Below, piece after piece: positions 1 to 10,588 of a stretch of DNA of 64,000 bases. Location of the stretch: positions 352,124 to 416,123 of the forward strand of contig JBHLLT010000001.1 in the NCBI GenBank assembly GCA_048938855.1, read 5' to 3'. Numbering within the stretch: the stretch's first letter is position 1; each line of letters opens with the position of its first letter. Source of the stretch: Promethearchaeota archaeon. Lineage in GTDB: Archaea > Asgardarchaeota > Lokiarchaeia > Sigyniarchaeales > SOKP01. Position numbers and translations under genes: made by a program. The notes below the pieces were generated by a model, which saw only the letters and a program-made list of their open reading frames with translations, was not told the DNA's origin and ran no database searches.

Positions 1-5
1 AAGTA

Positions 6-236
6 ATGAGCAAAGAGACTAAATCAGTTGAAGGATTTCTAGCAGGAACAATATTAGCATATTTAATTGGATTGATTCTTGTGGGGCCTATTTATGCGAT
101 CATTGGAGCAATAGTTTTCTTTATAACAGATTATTTTCCAATATATACAGCAGATAATATTCTAAATCCTATATTTATTCCAATAGGTTTTCAGCTTTTT
201 ATCGTTTTATTAGGATTGCCAGTAGGATGGTTTTAA
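6..236 (+). CDS. Small hypothetical membrane protein (may be 5'-truncated by window edge)
   Basis: 76-aa ORF with 2-3 hydrophobic segments; ends 7 nt before the HAD gene. Confidence 0.55.
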   Translation: MSKETKSVEGFLAGTILAYLIGLILVGPIYAIIGAIVFFITDYFPIYTADNILNPIFIPIGFQLFIVLLGLPVGWF

Positions 237-243
237 TTTTAAA

Positions 244-1086
244 ATGCGAGCACTTATTGATGACCTGAAAGATTTACAATTGGCTATTTTTGATTTAGAT
301 GGGGTAATATACCGGGGAGAGTCATTAATCCCCAATACTGATAGGATAATTATCGAATTAAGAGAGCACTCTATTAAGGTTATTTATAATTCTAATAATT
401 CCACAGCAACTCGAAAGACTTACGTTAATAGATTGAAAAAATTCAATATAGAATGTAAAGAGTCTGATTTTTATACTAGTGCATCCATAACTTCTGCCGA
501 AATCACAAAATTAAAAGAAAAAGCTAATATATTTGTGATTGGTGAAATCGGATTAAAATCAGAATTAAAAGCTCAAGGGCATAATGTAATAGAAGAGGTT
601 TCTGATTTTAATGATATTGACTTTGTTATTGTAGGTCTTGACAGAGAATTCAATTATCAAAAATTAGCAACAGCCCAAAAATGTATTTTGGAAGGGAAAG
701 CTCAATTTTATGCAACAAATGCAGATTCTACATTACCAGTTGCTCGTGGTCTTAAACCTGGGGCTGGTGTAATGGTGAATGCACTAATGACATGTACCAA
801 TAAGGAACCAATAAAGATTTTTGGTAAACCTGAACCGTTTGGTATCAATTTGATCTTAAATGATTCTAAAATTCCTGCTAAAAATGCATGCATTTTTGGA
901 GATCGTTTGAATACTGATATAATCGCAGGTAATAGAGCGGGTATAAAAAGTATAGCTGTTTTAACAGGAGTAACTACTCTTGAAATGATTGAAGATTTAA
1001 AAGCTAGAAGTAATAAATTCCAAATTGTCGATAAAAATTTAATTCCAGATTTAGTAATTAAAAATTTAGAAGAGATTTTTAAATAA
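244..1086 (+). CDS. HAD-IIA family hydrolase (NagD-like phosphatase)
   Basis: FDLDGV motif I, ATNAD, GKPEP and GDRLNTDI motifs. Confidence 0.92.
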   Translation: MRALIDDLKDLQLAIFDLDGVIYRGESLIPNTDRIIIELREHSIKVIYNSNNSTATRKTYVNRLKKFNIECKESDFYTSASITSAEITKLKEKANIFVIGEIGLKSELKAQGHNVIEEVSDFNDIDFVIVGLDREFNYQKLATAQKCILEGKAQFYATNADSTLPVARGLKPGAGVMVNALMTCTNKEPIKIFGKPEPFGINLILNDSKIPAKNACIFGDRLNTDIIAGNRAGIKSIAVLTGVTTLEMIEDLKARSNKFQIVDKNLIPDLVIKNLEEIFK

Positions 1087-1105
1087 TAGAGTTATTAAAG
1101 CATCT

Positions 1106-1645
1106 CTATAAGAGTCCTGCTTTGATCAGCATTAAACGGCTTATTTCTTGGAAAATATCTTCCACATTTTCTCCACTTTTCGCGGAACATTCAAGATAAC
1201 CAAAAAGATTATTCTCTTTAGCCATTTCAAGTGCTTCTTCTCGAGACACAGCTCTTTTATACTCAAGATCTAGTTTGCTACCAACCATGAGAACAGGCAT
1301 TTGTTGGGTATCAGCTTTATAACCCTTTTTAAAAATTTCAATCCAATCATGAAAATTTTTAAGACTAGTATATCTTGTTATATCAAACATAAAAACCCCT
1401 CCAGCTGCACCAACTACATAGCTAGGCATAAGAAATCTAAACCTATCCTCTCCCGCAAAATCCCAGATTTGTAAACCAACTCGTTTTCCATCTATATCAA
1501 CCTTTTTTACGTGAAAATCCACACCTATTGTAAGTTGTGAATCACTCTTAAAGACCCCGGTTAAATATCGATTAATTAGGGTGGTCTTTCCTACACCTCC
1601 ATCCCCGAAAAAAACTATTTTAAACATAGCATCGCTAACAGACAT
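1106..1645 (-). CDS. Rab-like small GTPase
   Basis: G1 GDGGVGKT, TIGVDF, G3 WDFAGE, G4 SKLD, G5 CSAK; no C-terminal Cys motif. Confidence 0.93.
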   Translation of the reverse strand: MSVSDAMFKIVFFGDGGVGKTTLINRYLTGVFKSDSQLTIGVDFHVKKVDIDGKRVGLQIWDFAGEDRFRFLMPSYVVGAAGGVFMFDITRYTSLKNFHDWIEIFKKGYKADTQQMPVLMVGSKLDLEYKRAVSREEALEMAKENNLFGYLECSAKSGENVEDIFQEISRLMLIKAGLL

Positions 1646-1877
1646 TTTCTCCAGCCTATCGTTAAATTAATTATTCTTTAAAGCATCCTTCTTGAGTAAG
1701 TGAAATTTCAAATACTGGTTGGTAAAAATATTTGATATCACTTATTTAATAAATATAATAGATTAGATTTTTAAAAATAATTGTTTTTAGATACCTAATA
1801 ATCTCAAATTTAAAATTTTTTTTATAATTTGTAACAAGAAATATTATAAAAAACACAAAATTAAATCATCTTAAATT

Positions 1878-3032
1878 ATGTCTACAAGAGTTTCTATTGT
1901 AAATGTAAATGATTATGGTTCTATTCCTGAAGCCATATTTGCTGCAATAAAATTAATTGAAAACAACCTCTCGTTTGATATATCCACTTCAGAAAAAATA
2001 CTTTTAAAACCAAATTTACTTAGAGCAAGCAAAGATGCATGTTCCCAATCTAGCTTTGTTGAAGGTGTTATATTATATTTAAAAGACCAAGGTGTTTCAA
2101 TGGACAAAGTCTTTCTCGGAGATTCTCCAGGGCAGCAAGGAAAATCGGTTTCAGATATAGCTAAAGAAATTGGTATGTTGGAATTATGTGAGAAGAATGG
2201 AATTACACTAGTTGATTTTGGGAGTGAAGCACCAGAAGTAGAAATAATCGACAATGCTGTTAATATGAAAGAATATCGAGTTGCTAAAGCCGTTAAGGAA
2301 TGTGATATTCTAATAAATTTACCGAAACTAAAAAGTCATGGAGAAGCGACAATGACAGGGGCGATTAAAAATTATTGGGGCATTATTCCAGGAGGATTGA
2401 AAGCTAAATATCATTTATTAGGAAAATCTGCAGATCAATTTGGACAAGTTCTTGCCGATAATTTTTCGTGGATAGTAAAAAATAAACCAAATAGACTAAC
2501 AGTATACGATTTGCAACGGATTATGGAAGGAGCAATGGGACCTAATGCTGGGAAAATGACTAAATGGGATTTAATTCTGGTAGGTACAGACGAATTAGCA
2601 TTAGATGTAGTTGCGTTAGAAATAGGGAAACGAAAAGCAAAAATTGTTCCACATGTGAAAAGTGCTATTGAAAGAAATTTGGGAGTAGGTAGCTTAGAGA
2701 ATATAGAGGTTGTTGGATTAACTTTAGAGGAGGCAAAGAAGCTTACGCCAAAATTCAATATTCCAGGAAGAACTATGACACGTTTTATTAGTTTTATGTC
2801 CAGTCATATGGCATATAAAGTAATAAAAAGAATTCCTAATTTAATTAAAAAAAAATGTGTACAATGTGGTCAATGCGCACAAAACTGTCCTGCTGAAGCA
2901 ATTGAATTTGAAAAAGGAAAATATCCAGTTTTTCTAAGGAAAAAATGTATTAGCTGTCTATGTTGTTTTGAACTCTGTCCCGAGGATGCAATTGAAGCAA
3001 AAAGTAGGGGTTTAGCTGGATTTTTTGATTAA
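1878..3032 (+). CDS. DUF362 domain protein with C-terminal 2x[4Fe-4S] ferredoxin domain
   Basis: LLKPN, NLPKLKSH, TGAIKN motifs; CxxCxxCxxxCP twice at the C-terminus. Confidence 0.88.
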   Translation: MSTRVSIVNVNDYGSIPEAIFAAIKLIENNLSFDISTSEKILLKPNLLRASKDACSQSSFVEGVILYLKDQGVSMDKVFLGDSPGQQGKSVSDIAKEIGMLELCEKNGITLVDFGSEAPEVEIIDNAVNMKEYRVAKAVKECDILINLPKLKSHGEATMTGAIKNYWGIIPGGLKAKYHLLGKSADQFGQVLADNFSWIVKNKPNRLTVYDLQRIMEGAMGPNAGKMTKWDLILVGTDELALDVVALEIGKRKAKIVPHVKSAIERNLGVGSLENIEVVGLTLEEAKKLTPKFNIPGRTMTRFISFMSSHMAYKVIKRIPNLIKKKCVQCGQCAQNCPAEAIEFEKGKYPVFLRKKCISCLCCFELCPEDAIEAKSRGLAGFFD

Positions 3033-4444
3033 TCCTTTTTTTTCAATAATTTAGAATAATGTTCTAGAAAATAATAATTAGCTAGTCTAGTATTAATTAT
3101 AGAGTCATATTGAATAAATTCATTAGTAGAATGGGCAAAACCCCCAATACCTAACCCTCCAGTTATGAAATTCAAATTTAAATCCTTCTGAATTTTACTT
3201 AATGGAGCTGCCGCGGCACTCAATGGCCATAATTCAGTTGATACACCTATACGGTTGGCACTCTCTTTAAGACTTCTAACAAGGAGAGAATATTTTTGAA
3301 CTCTTGAACTTTCATAACCTAAATTTTTAGTAATCTCAATTTGAGATTTAGTATTTTTGGAGAAATTCTTTATCTTTTCTTTAATTTCATTAAATACTAT
3401 CTCAGTTGCTACTTGATGAGCGAACCTGATATCAATATTGCATAAAGCTTGATTAGGTACATAATTTTTTGTTCCTTGTTCTAAAAATCCTGATTTTAAA
3501 GTTGAAATGTTGAACGTAGGGTTAAAGAGGTAATTAACAAATGCTTTATAAGGATCATCTTCGATTACCTGCGTTATTCCCGCTTTTTGTTTAATGATTT
3601 CAATATCTACATTTTTTATAAGTGAATCAATAAGAGATTGTTCCTCATCTGTGAGTACATATGGTTTTTTTAAACTATCAATTTGAAATTGGTTATTTGA
3701 ATATATTGTATTAAGTAAAGAAACTAAATCAATTGCCGGATTAGGAATCATACTGCTAAAGGCTGAGTGAGGTTCTTCATTTTTTGAGGAAATCTTTATA
3801 GAAAGTGATAAGATCCCTTTATATCCTAATTTTAAAACTAGGTTTCCATTAATATCTTGTTTTGTTGCAGGATAATAAGCATCAACACAATTGCCAAAAA
3901 TTTTTCGATTAGTGCTACTTTCAAGAAATTTTAGAAGAGATGGAGAACCTTTTTCTTCCTCACCATCAAATAAAAGGAGTAAGGAAACTGGCAATTTATG
4001 TTTTTTTTTCAAGATTTTTACGATATTCAAGAAACATAATAAGGGCGTTTTAGAATTATAAGCACCTCTAGCTATAATACATTCACCTAATTTATTTAAA
4101 GGGGGAGGTAAAATCTTAAGTTCAGCTCCAAATGGACTACTTATCCACTCTTTTTCTTTGTTAACAGGCTGAGTATCATACATCATATAAATTAAGAGCT
4201 GTCTTTTTAAATCTCCCTCTACTTTAGCAACGATAATTGGACTTGTTATGCCATCATATACATTAATATTCTCCGAAATATCAGAGATATAAGAGACAAT
4301 AAAATTTTTTGCTTTTTCAATCCCTTCAGAATTAAGGGTATTGCTTGGAATTTTTAGAAATTGAATTAGTTCATGGTCAATGAAATTTTTATTAGAATTA
4401 TGTATTAAGTTGATAATCTTCTTTCCTGAGTTTGGGATTTCCAT
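3029..4444 (-). CDS. M20/M25/M40 family metallopeptidase/deacylase (variant metal ligands)
   Basis: YDTQP, ARGA, DGEEEKGS, GYKG, HS, AHSTNE motifs and dimerisation domain. Confidence 0.85.
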   Translation of the reverse strand: MEIPNSGKKIINLIHNSNKNFIDHELIQFLKIPSNTLNSEGIEKAKNFIVSYISDISENINVYDGITSPIIVAKVEGDLKRQLLIYMMYDTQPVNKEKEWISSPFGAELKILPPPLNKLGECIIARGAYNSKTPLLCFLNIVKILKKKHKLPVSLLLLFDGEEEKGSPSLLKFLESSTNRKIFGNCVDAYYPATKQDINGNLVLKLGYKGILSLSIKISSKNEEPHSAFSSMIPNPAIDLVSLLNTIYSNNQFQIDSLKKPYVLTDEEQSLIDSLIKNVDIEIIKQKAGITQVIEDDPYKAFVNYLFNPTFNISTLKSGFLEQGTKNYVPNQALCNIDIRFAHQVATEIVFNEIKEKIKNFSKNTKSQIEITKNLGYESSRVQKYSLLVRSLKESANRIGVSTELWPLSAAAAPLSKIQKDLNLNFITGGLGIGGFAHSTNEFIQYDSIINTRLANYYFLEHYSKLLKKKD

Positions 4445-4513
4445 ATATAATATAATAATTAAATAGTTTTATTTAATTGTCCATATTTATAGAAACTGAT
4501 CTAAATTAAATTT

Positions 4514-4900
4514 ATGAATAGTATGAGTCATTCTAATTTACAGAATCAAAGTGAGTTATTTCAACTAATAAATGATTTGAAAACTAACGGGAATTTGGAT
4601 GGAGCTATTTTTGCATATAGAGACGGAGGACTTATAATAGAAAGTTTAAGAAATAAGGTTAAAGGTAAAGAACTAGTATCAATGTGTGCTTCTGTTTTGG
4701 AAAGTGCCGTAGGAATAGGAGACGCTATAGGTTCTCAAAAAATTAATAAAATCATAGCGGAATTAGAAGGAAAAACAATTTTAATTTTTGAGTGTGATAC
4801 TAATACATTTCTGATATTGATTATAAACAGGGAATCTGATACATCCTATATTTTCAACAGGTTAGAGGAACTAGTTCATAAAGTGATTAAAATGTATTAA
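4514..4900 (+). CDS. Roadblock/LC7 (MglB-like) domain protein
   Basis: 128 aa; GAIFAYRDGGLII beta-hairpin, a helix, then three strands and a C-terminal helix. Confidence 0.82.
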   Translation: MNSMSHSNLQNQSELFQLINDLKTNGNLDGAIFAYRDGGLIIESLRNKVKGKELVSMCASVLESAVGIGDAIGSQKINKIIAELEGKTILIFECDTNTFLILIINRESDTSYIFNRLEELVHKVIKMY

Positions 4901-4921
4901 ACTTAAATAAAGATTCTATTT

Positions 4922-6598
4922 CTACAGGTAATTCATCCATTTGGGATCGATCTGATTAAGAGCATTCTCAATTTCTTTTCGTACATCCCAATTATCATCT
5001 CCTAATCCATTTATCAATGGTTTAATTGCGTCTTTATTCCCTATTTCACCTAAAGCTTTAATCGCAGAAATTTTTATCTTATCATCATTTTCTTTTAATA
5101 ATTGAATGAATGGTTCAATTGAATCAACATCTTTAAGTTTTCCTAATGCCATAGCGGCCCAACTTTTTATGTATACATCTTCATCATTTAAACAAGAAAT
5201 TAAAGAATCTAATGATTCTTTACTACCAGTTCTTAACAATAAACTGACTGCTGCTCTACGCGTTTTCCAATTTTGGCTATTTAATGAGCTGATCGCAAAA
5301 TCCATGACTTTTCTATTTTCAAATTTGCCTAGTGCATCGATAACAGCTTTTCTTACACTTCCATTTTCATCTTCTATTAACTTAAACAAGTGATCAATTG
5401 TATCTGGATCAGCGATTTCACCAATAATTTTGGCACAAAACATTCTAATTTGCCAAGATTTATCTGATAATCCCATTATAATCTTATTATCAACTTTATT
5501 TTCCAAAATTCTTAATAAAGACCGATAGGCCGATCCACGTAAGCTTGCAACAGTACTATTAAAAATTGACAGGAGTAAATCAATCGATTGATTGTCATTT
5601 AAAAGGCCTAATAGTTTTATAGCTTCTCTTCGCGCATTAATGTTTCTACTTTTGATTACATCGTATAGGACTTCAAATGATTTTAATTTCTTGAGAATTT
5701 TATAAAGTGCGTTTTTTGCTAGACTACGGATTTTTGTATCCTTTTCTTTTAGTAAATCCATTAATGGTTTAATTGCCTTCTTACTTCCAACATTACCTAA
5801 AACTCGAATGGCTTCCTTTTTTACTTCTAAATCAGGGTCTTTTAATAAGTCTAAAATATGCCTAACATTTTTTAATTCAATAATTCCATCTAATGCTTTA
5901 ACTGAATTTTTCCGTATTATTGGATCTTTGTCTTGTAAAAAATTAATTAAGACAGTTTCACTTTCTTTGTTTTTAATTTTTCCAAGAATTATTGGGAGCT
6001 CTCTTTTAATATAAAGATCTTCTGTGTTAACGAAATCATTAATAATTTGTAAATTTACTTTACTTCCAATTTTTACAATTGTATTCATTAACGGATTATA
6101 AATTTCGGTGTTTCTAAAATGTAGTATATTAATTAACGGTATTAGTGCTTCGCTGGCGGTAGTTTTTCCCAATTGTTCAATTACTTTTTCTTTTACTTCA
6201 AAATCGGGATCATTTAAAGCTTCAATGAAGAACGTGATGGAATTATTTAGTTGACTTTGTCCTACTATTTCTATAAGGTTTTTTTTGACTGAACCATCTT
6301 TACAGTTCTTATACTGTTCTTTTAAGAATACAATTCCTTCTTTTTGATAACAATTAGCTAAGATTGTGATTAATTTAATTCTTAATTGGGGATGTTGTTC
6401 ATTTAAGAAGATATTTTTTATATCTTGAAACCGCTTATTTTTATCGTCCTTATAATCAACTAATAGTTCTGCTGCTTTCAATTTGCTTTCAATATTTTGG
6501 GAGGAAGATAATATTGATATGAGCATTTCAACAGCTTCATCTGGTTCCATAGTTTTTAATTTTTCAACTAACTGATCACTGTTAAAACTCATTACCAA
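4922..6598 (-). CDS. HEAT-repeat (PBS-lyase-like) alpha-solenoid protein
   Basis: Many ~31-aa repeats of type LxDxDxxV(R/K)xxAxxALGxIG. Confidence 0.9.
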   Translation of the reverse strand: MVMSFNSDQLVEKLKTMEPDEAVEMLISILSSSQNIESKLKAAELLVDYKDDKNKRFQDIKNIFLNEQHPQLRIKLITILANCYQKEGIVFLKEQYKNCKDGSVKKNLIEIVGQSQLNNSITFFIEALNDPDFEVKEKVIEQLGKTTASEALIPLINILHFRNTEIYNPLMNTIVKIGSKVNLQIINDFVNTEDLYIKRELPIILGKIKNKESETVLINFLQDKDPIIRKNSVKALDGIIELKNVRHILDLLKDPDLEVKKEAIRVLGNVGSKKAIKPLMDLLKEKDTKIRSLAKNALYKILKKLKSFEVLYDVIKSRNINARREAIKLLGLLNDNQSIDLLLSIFNSTVASLRGSAYRSLLRILENKVDNKIIMGLSDKSWQIRMFCAKIIGEIADPDTIDHLFKLIEDENGSVRKAVIDALGKFENRKVMDFAISSLNSQNWKTRRAAVSLLLRTGSKESLDSLISCLNDEDVYIKSWAAMALGKLKDVDSIEPFIQLLKENDDKIKISAIKALGEIGNKDAIKPLINGLGDDNWDVRKEIENALNQIDPKWMNYL

Positions 6599-6717
6599 AA
6601 CCTGAAATTATGATAGTTTATACTGAGTATAGCAAACAATAAAATCTTTGAAATATTAATAAAAAGCTGGTTTATTTATGTTTATTCTTTCAAGTAAAAA
6701 AGATTGAAACCAGTATT

Positions 6718-7560
6718 ATGGTAAAGTATAATATTAGAAAACCAACAGATAAAGAAATTTTAAAATGTATAAATGTACTTTATTCTGCTTTTGATAGACC
6801 TCTCCCAACAAAGATAAAAGTAGAAGAAAAAATATGGAAAGCTTTAATAGAATCAGAAATTGGCACATTCCTTATCTCTGAGGAAAATGGAAAACTTTTC
6901 GGTGTTGGAGGAGTATTTTTTTTCGGGAAAGTCAGTAGTTTTGGATATATGGCTGTATTACCAGAATACAGATGTAAAGGAATAGGAACTGAGATTTTTA
7001 AAAGTTTGTTGGAGATTGCTAATCAAATGAAATGTGAAACAAATTTTCTGTATGCTTCTAAATTAGGAAAACCAATCTATCAAAAATTTGGTTTTCAAGA
7101 AAGCTTTTATGCCACAATGTATCAATTATCAAAACAGAAACCAGAATTTCAAATTCATAATTATAGAGTTAAGGAATTGAAAAAGATTCCAAAATGGATA
7201 TTAAGTCTTGATAAGCAAGCAATAGGATATGATCGTGAAAGATATTTGACGTTTAGAGTCGAATTTGGAGCGAAAATCTTGGCTGTAGAAAATGTAGGGT
7301 TTGGTTTATTAGCAAATTCGCGTTTAGGTCCATTAATAGCAACAAATCAAATTGTTGCTCAACAGATAGTTAAGAAAAGTGTAAATTTAGGTGCTGATCA
7401 TATGATAGTTACGAACCACAACTATATTCCGAAACCATTGTTCAAATCAATAAATCTAGTAGAAGAAGAAAAGAATGCTAATGTTAAGATGGTTCGAGGA
7501 AAAAAACTCTCTGAAAAATTAAGTTTATTGTATGCTATTGCTACATATGCTAAAGGGTAA
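6718..7560 (+). CDS. GNAT family N-acetyltransferase (two-domain, YitH-like)
   Basis: Motif A VLPEYRCKGIGT, GKPIYQKFGF, C-terminal RLGPLIA. Confidence 0.85.
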   Translation: MVKYNIRKPTDKEILKCINVLYSAFDRPLPTKIKVEEKIWKALIESEIGTFLISEENGKLFGVGGVFFFGKVSSFGYMAVLPEYRCKGIGTEIFKSLLEIANQMKCETNFLYASKLGKPIYQKFGFQESFYATMYQLSKQKPEFQIHNYRVKELKKIPKWILSLDKQAIGYDRERYLTFRVEFGAKILAVENVGFGLLANSRLGPLIATNQIVAQQIVKKSVNLGADHMIVTNHNYIPKPLFKSINLVEEEKNANVKMVRGKKLSEKLSLLYAIATYAKG

Positions 7561-7563
7561 AAG

Positions 7564-8070
7564 TTAATTCTTTATTGATTTTGTTCTACGAATTCGAATT
7601 TTTTTTAATGAAAGTAAATACAAAATTCCTGCAATAAATTGTAAATAGATCGCGACATATGGCCAATAATAGTTGATCCCCCAAAAAGTTGGATACCCCC
7701 TTACAACAATATAGATAACTTGTAAGCCAATTATGAGAAAGAGAGGGGTAGCAATCATAAAAATCCCTCCAATGTAATAATACATTAATTTTAATTGCTG
7801 CTGCCTTTTTTCTTTTAATAATATGAAAAAGATTAAAAAACAACTTACGAAGATAAAAATTGAAGAAATTATACCTGGAATTAAAAATTCTAATTCCAAA
7901 TCAAAGGTAAATCCAATTTCACTTGAATTTAACCCGAAAAAGAGAGTAAGACCCCAAAACCAAAAGTTGTACATATAATTAGGGCTAATATGGAAAATTA
8001 CTGGAGTGAATAATGAAATAATACCAATCATTCCGGAAGATAATGAGATTTTATTATAAACCGATTTCAT
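7564..8070 (-). CDS. Hypothetical membrane protein (~4 TM)
   Basis: 168 aa, four hydrophobic segments, basic C-terminus. Confidence 0.65.
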   Translation of the reverse strand: MKSVYNKISLSSGMIGIISLFTPVIFHISPNYMYNFWFWGLTLFFGLNSSEIGFTFDLELEFLIPGIISSIFIFVSCFLIFFILLKEKRQQQLKLMYYYIGGIFMIATPLFLIIGLQVIYIVVRGYPTFWGINYYWPYVAIYLQFIAGILYLLSLKKIRIRRTKSIKN

Positions 8071-8196
8071 ACGTTTTAACGATTTTTAATGTGAAGTTTT
8101 ATTAGATTAATTATTATAATTAATTCTATTAAAAATTGATTAAAAAGAGTATCAATCCAATAAATACAAAAAGAAAAAATAAAATAAATTAAAAAA

Positions 8197-10179
8197 TTAA
8201 CCTATTTCAACGTCTATTTTCTTACGTTCTTTAAGTAAATCGTCTACTACAGAAGGATCTGCTAGGGTTGTGACATTTCCAATATCAGTACCGGCAGCAA
8301 TCGCTTTTAAGATTCTTCGCATTATCTTACCACTTCTCGTTTTAGGTAGAGCATCAGCAAATTGTATGACATCAGGTTGGAATACTGGGCCAATCTCATT
8401 TCTTACATGCATTCTTATTTCCTTAGCTAATTTAGCTGATTTTTCAACTCCTTGCATAAGAGTTACATAGGCCCAGATAGCTTGTCCCTTGATTTTATGA
8501 GGAAAAGGAGCGACAGCGGCTTCAGCTACTTGCGGATGACTCACGAGAGCAGACTCTACTTCCATTGTTCCTATTCTATGACCGGATACTTTAATAACAT
8601 CATCAAGTCTACCTAAAATCCAATAGTAGCCATCTTCATCACGTCTAGCACCATCTCCAGTATAATAACATCCAGGATAGCGTTCTAAATAAGTAGAAAT
8701 AAACCTCTCAGTATTGCCCCAAACATCTCTTAACATACCTGGCCAAGGTTGGCCCATTGCGAAATAACCTCCTTCATTGGGTTCGGTTATTACATCACCC
8801 TCTAAGTCAAAGATGACTGGCTTAATACCTAAGAATGGCATACAACAAGAACCAGGTTTAGTTGGTGTTGCTGTTGCAATAGGAGTCATAATAAAACCCC
8901 CTGTTTCTGTTTGCCAATAAGTATCTACTATTGGGCATTTTTCTTTTCCGACTATTCTATGATACCAGGTCCAAGCCTCAGGATTAATTGGTTCTCCAAC
9001 TGTTCCTAACACTTTTAAAGAACTAAGATCATGCTTATTTACTAACTCATCACCAAACCTCATTAAAGCCCTTATAGCTGTAGGGGCAGTATAAAAGTGT
9101 GTTACTTTATGATCTTCACAAATCTGCCAAAATCTATCATTATTAGGGTAAGTCGGAACCCCTTCATACATAAGGGTAGTTGCACCATTTGCCAAAGGTC
9201 CATAAACGATATAACTATGACCGGTAATCCATCCAATGTCTGCTGTACAATACCAGATATCTCCTTCATGGTAATTAAATACAATTCTATGGGAAAAGGA
9301 TGTGTAGAGAATATAGCCTGCTGTGGTGTGTTTTACACCTTTAGGTTTTCCCGTTGTTCCACTTGTGTATAAAATAAACAATGTATCCTCAGAATCCATG
9401 ACCTCAGGTTCACATTCTTCACTCATACCATCTATGAATTCATGATACCAGATATCTCTACTAGTATGAGGAACTTCATTTCCTGATCGTTTCACAACAA
9501 TAACATGTTCTATTGTTGGAACTTCATCAATTATTTGTACAACATCAGCCATTTTTGGATAATATTTTCCTGCTCTTACAGTTTCATCACTAGTAAATAA
9601 TAGTCTTGAGTCGGAGTCGTCAACTCTATCTTTCACAGCTTCTTTAGAAAATCCTCCAAATACAATTGAATGAATGACTCCAATCCGAGCACACGCTAAC
9701 ATAATTATTGCTAATTCTGGAATCATTGGTAACCATATTGTAACTCGATCTCCTTTTTTCAAGCCAAGTTTCCTCATCCCATTTGCGACTTTATTCACTT
9801 CCCTTAAAAGTTCATTATATGTATAGGTCTTTGCTTGACGAGGTTCATCAGCTTCCCATATAATAGCTAATTTATCTCCATTCCCTGCTTTCACATGTCG
9901 ATCTAAGCAATTAAATGCTACATTTAGTTTTCCACCAACAAACCATTTTCCGGGGAATAAATCTGTTTTTTCCCATACTTTTTCATATGGTTCAATCCAA
10001 TCTAGTGATTTTGCTTGTTCTCCCCAAAATCCTTCCATATCTTCAATAGATTGTTGATAAAGCTTTTTGTATTCTTCCGAGGAAATCCCTGTTTTTACAA
10101 ATTCGGGATTCAAGTCTTTAGGATTAAAAATGCGGTTCTCGGTTAAAATACTTTCCATTTTATTGTCTTCTTCAGACAT
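8197..10179 (-). CDS. acs: AMP-forming acetyl-CoA synthetase
   Basis: YTSGTTGKPKG, DTYWQTETG, SGHRIGT and PKTRSGKIMRR (A10 lysine) motifs. Confidence 0.96.
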   Translation of the reverse strand: MSEEDNKMESILTENRIFNPKDLNPEFVKTGISSEEYKKLYQQSIEDMEGFWGEQAKSLDWIEPYEKVWEKTDLFPGKWFVGGKLNVAFNCLDRHVKAGNGDKLAIIWEADEPRQAKTYTYNELLREVNKVANGMRKLGLKKGDRVTIWLPMIPELAIIMLACARIGVIHSIVFGGFSKEAVKDRVDDSDSRLLFTSDETVRAGKYYPKMADVVQIIDEVPTIEHVIVVKRSGNEVPHTSRDIWYHEFIDGMSEECEPEVMDSEDTLFILYTSGTTGKPKGVKHTTAGYILYTSFSHRIVFNYHEGDIWYCTADIGWITGHSYIVYGPLANGATTLMYEGVPTYPNNDRFWQICEDHKVTHFYTAPTAIRALMRFGDELVNKHDLSSLKVLGTVGEPINPEAWTWYHRIVGKEKCPIVDTYWQTETGGFIMTPIATATPTKPGSCCMPFLGIKPVIFDLEGDVITEPNEGGYFAMGQPWPGMLRDVWGNTERFISTYLERYPGCYYTGDGARRDEDGYYWILGRLDDVIKVSGHRIGTMEVESALVSHPQVAEAAVAPFPHKIKGQAIWAYVTLMQGVEKSAKLAKEIRMHVRNEIGPVFQPDVIQFADALPKTRSGKIMRRILKAIAAGTDIGNVTTLADPSVVDDLLKERKKIDVEIG

Positions 10180-10588
10180 ATTACTTCACATTATTAGTTT
10201 TTTTCGTATAAGATTATATTCATTTGATATTTAACTAAATTCTATAAAAATTTTAAAGATCTCTTTCCACCCTCATCAATTTTAAAGTTTTTGGTTTAAT
10301 ATAAACAAGAGGGAAACAATTGAGAATTATTTTGTATTGCTTTTAAACATTTTATTTATAGATCAATTAAGATGAGCCTTATTACATAGGATTTAATAAT
10401 CTAGATATTTGAAAAGTTAATTTTTTATTAGAGTGGTAAATTCTAAATTTGAGAGGAAGTATAATTTTTAAACCCATTTTATTTAAACTTTCAAAAACAA
10501 TATAATATTGTTATTTTTAATTGAAGCTTATATAATAAATAATATTTGAATAAAATAACAAAAAATTTTGAGGAAGTAGATCAATTTT

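Noticed and set aside
10180-10588. Weak inverted repeat (TTTCCACCCTC ... GAGGGAAA) in the acs intergenic region
   Set aside because: Imperfect, widely spaced and expected by chance in AT-rich DNA
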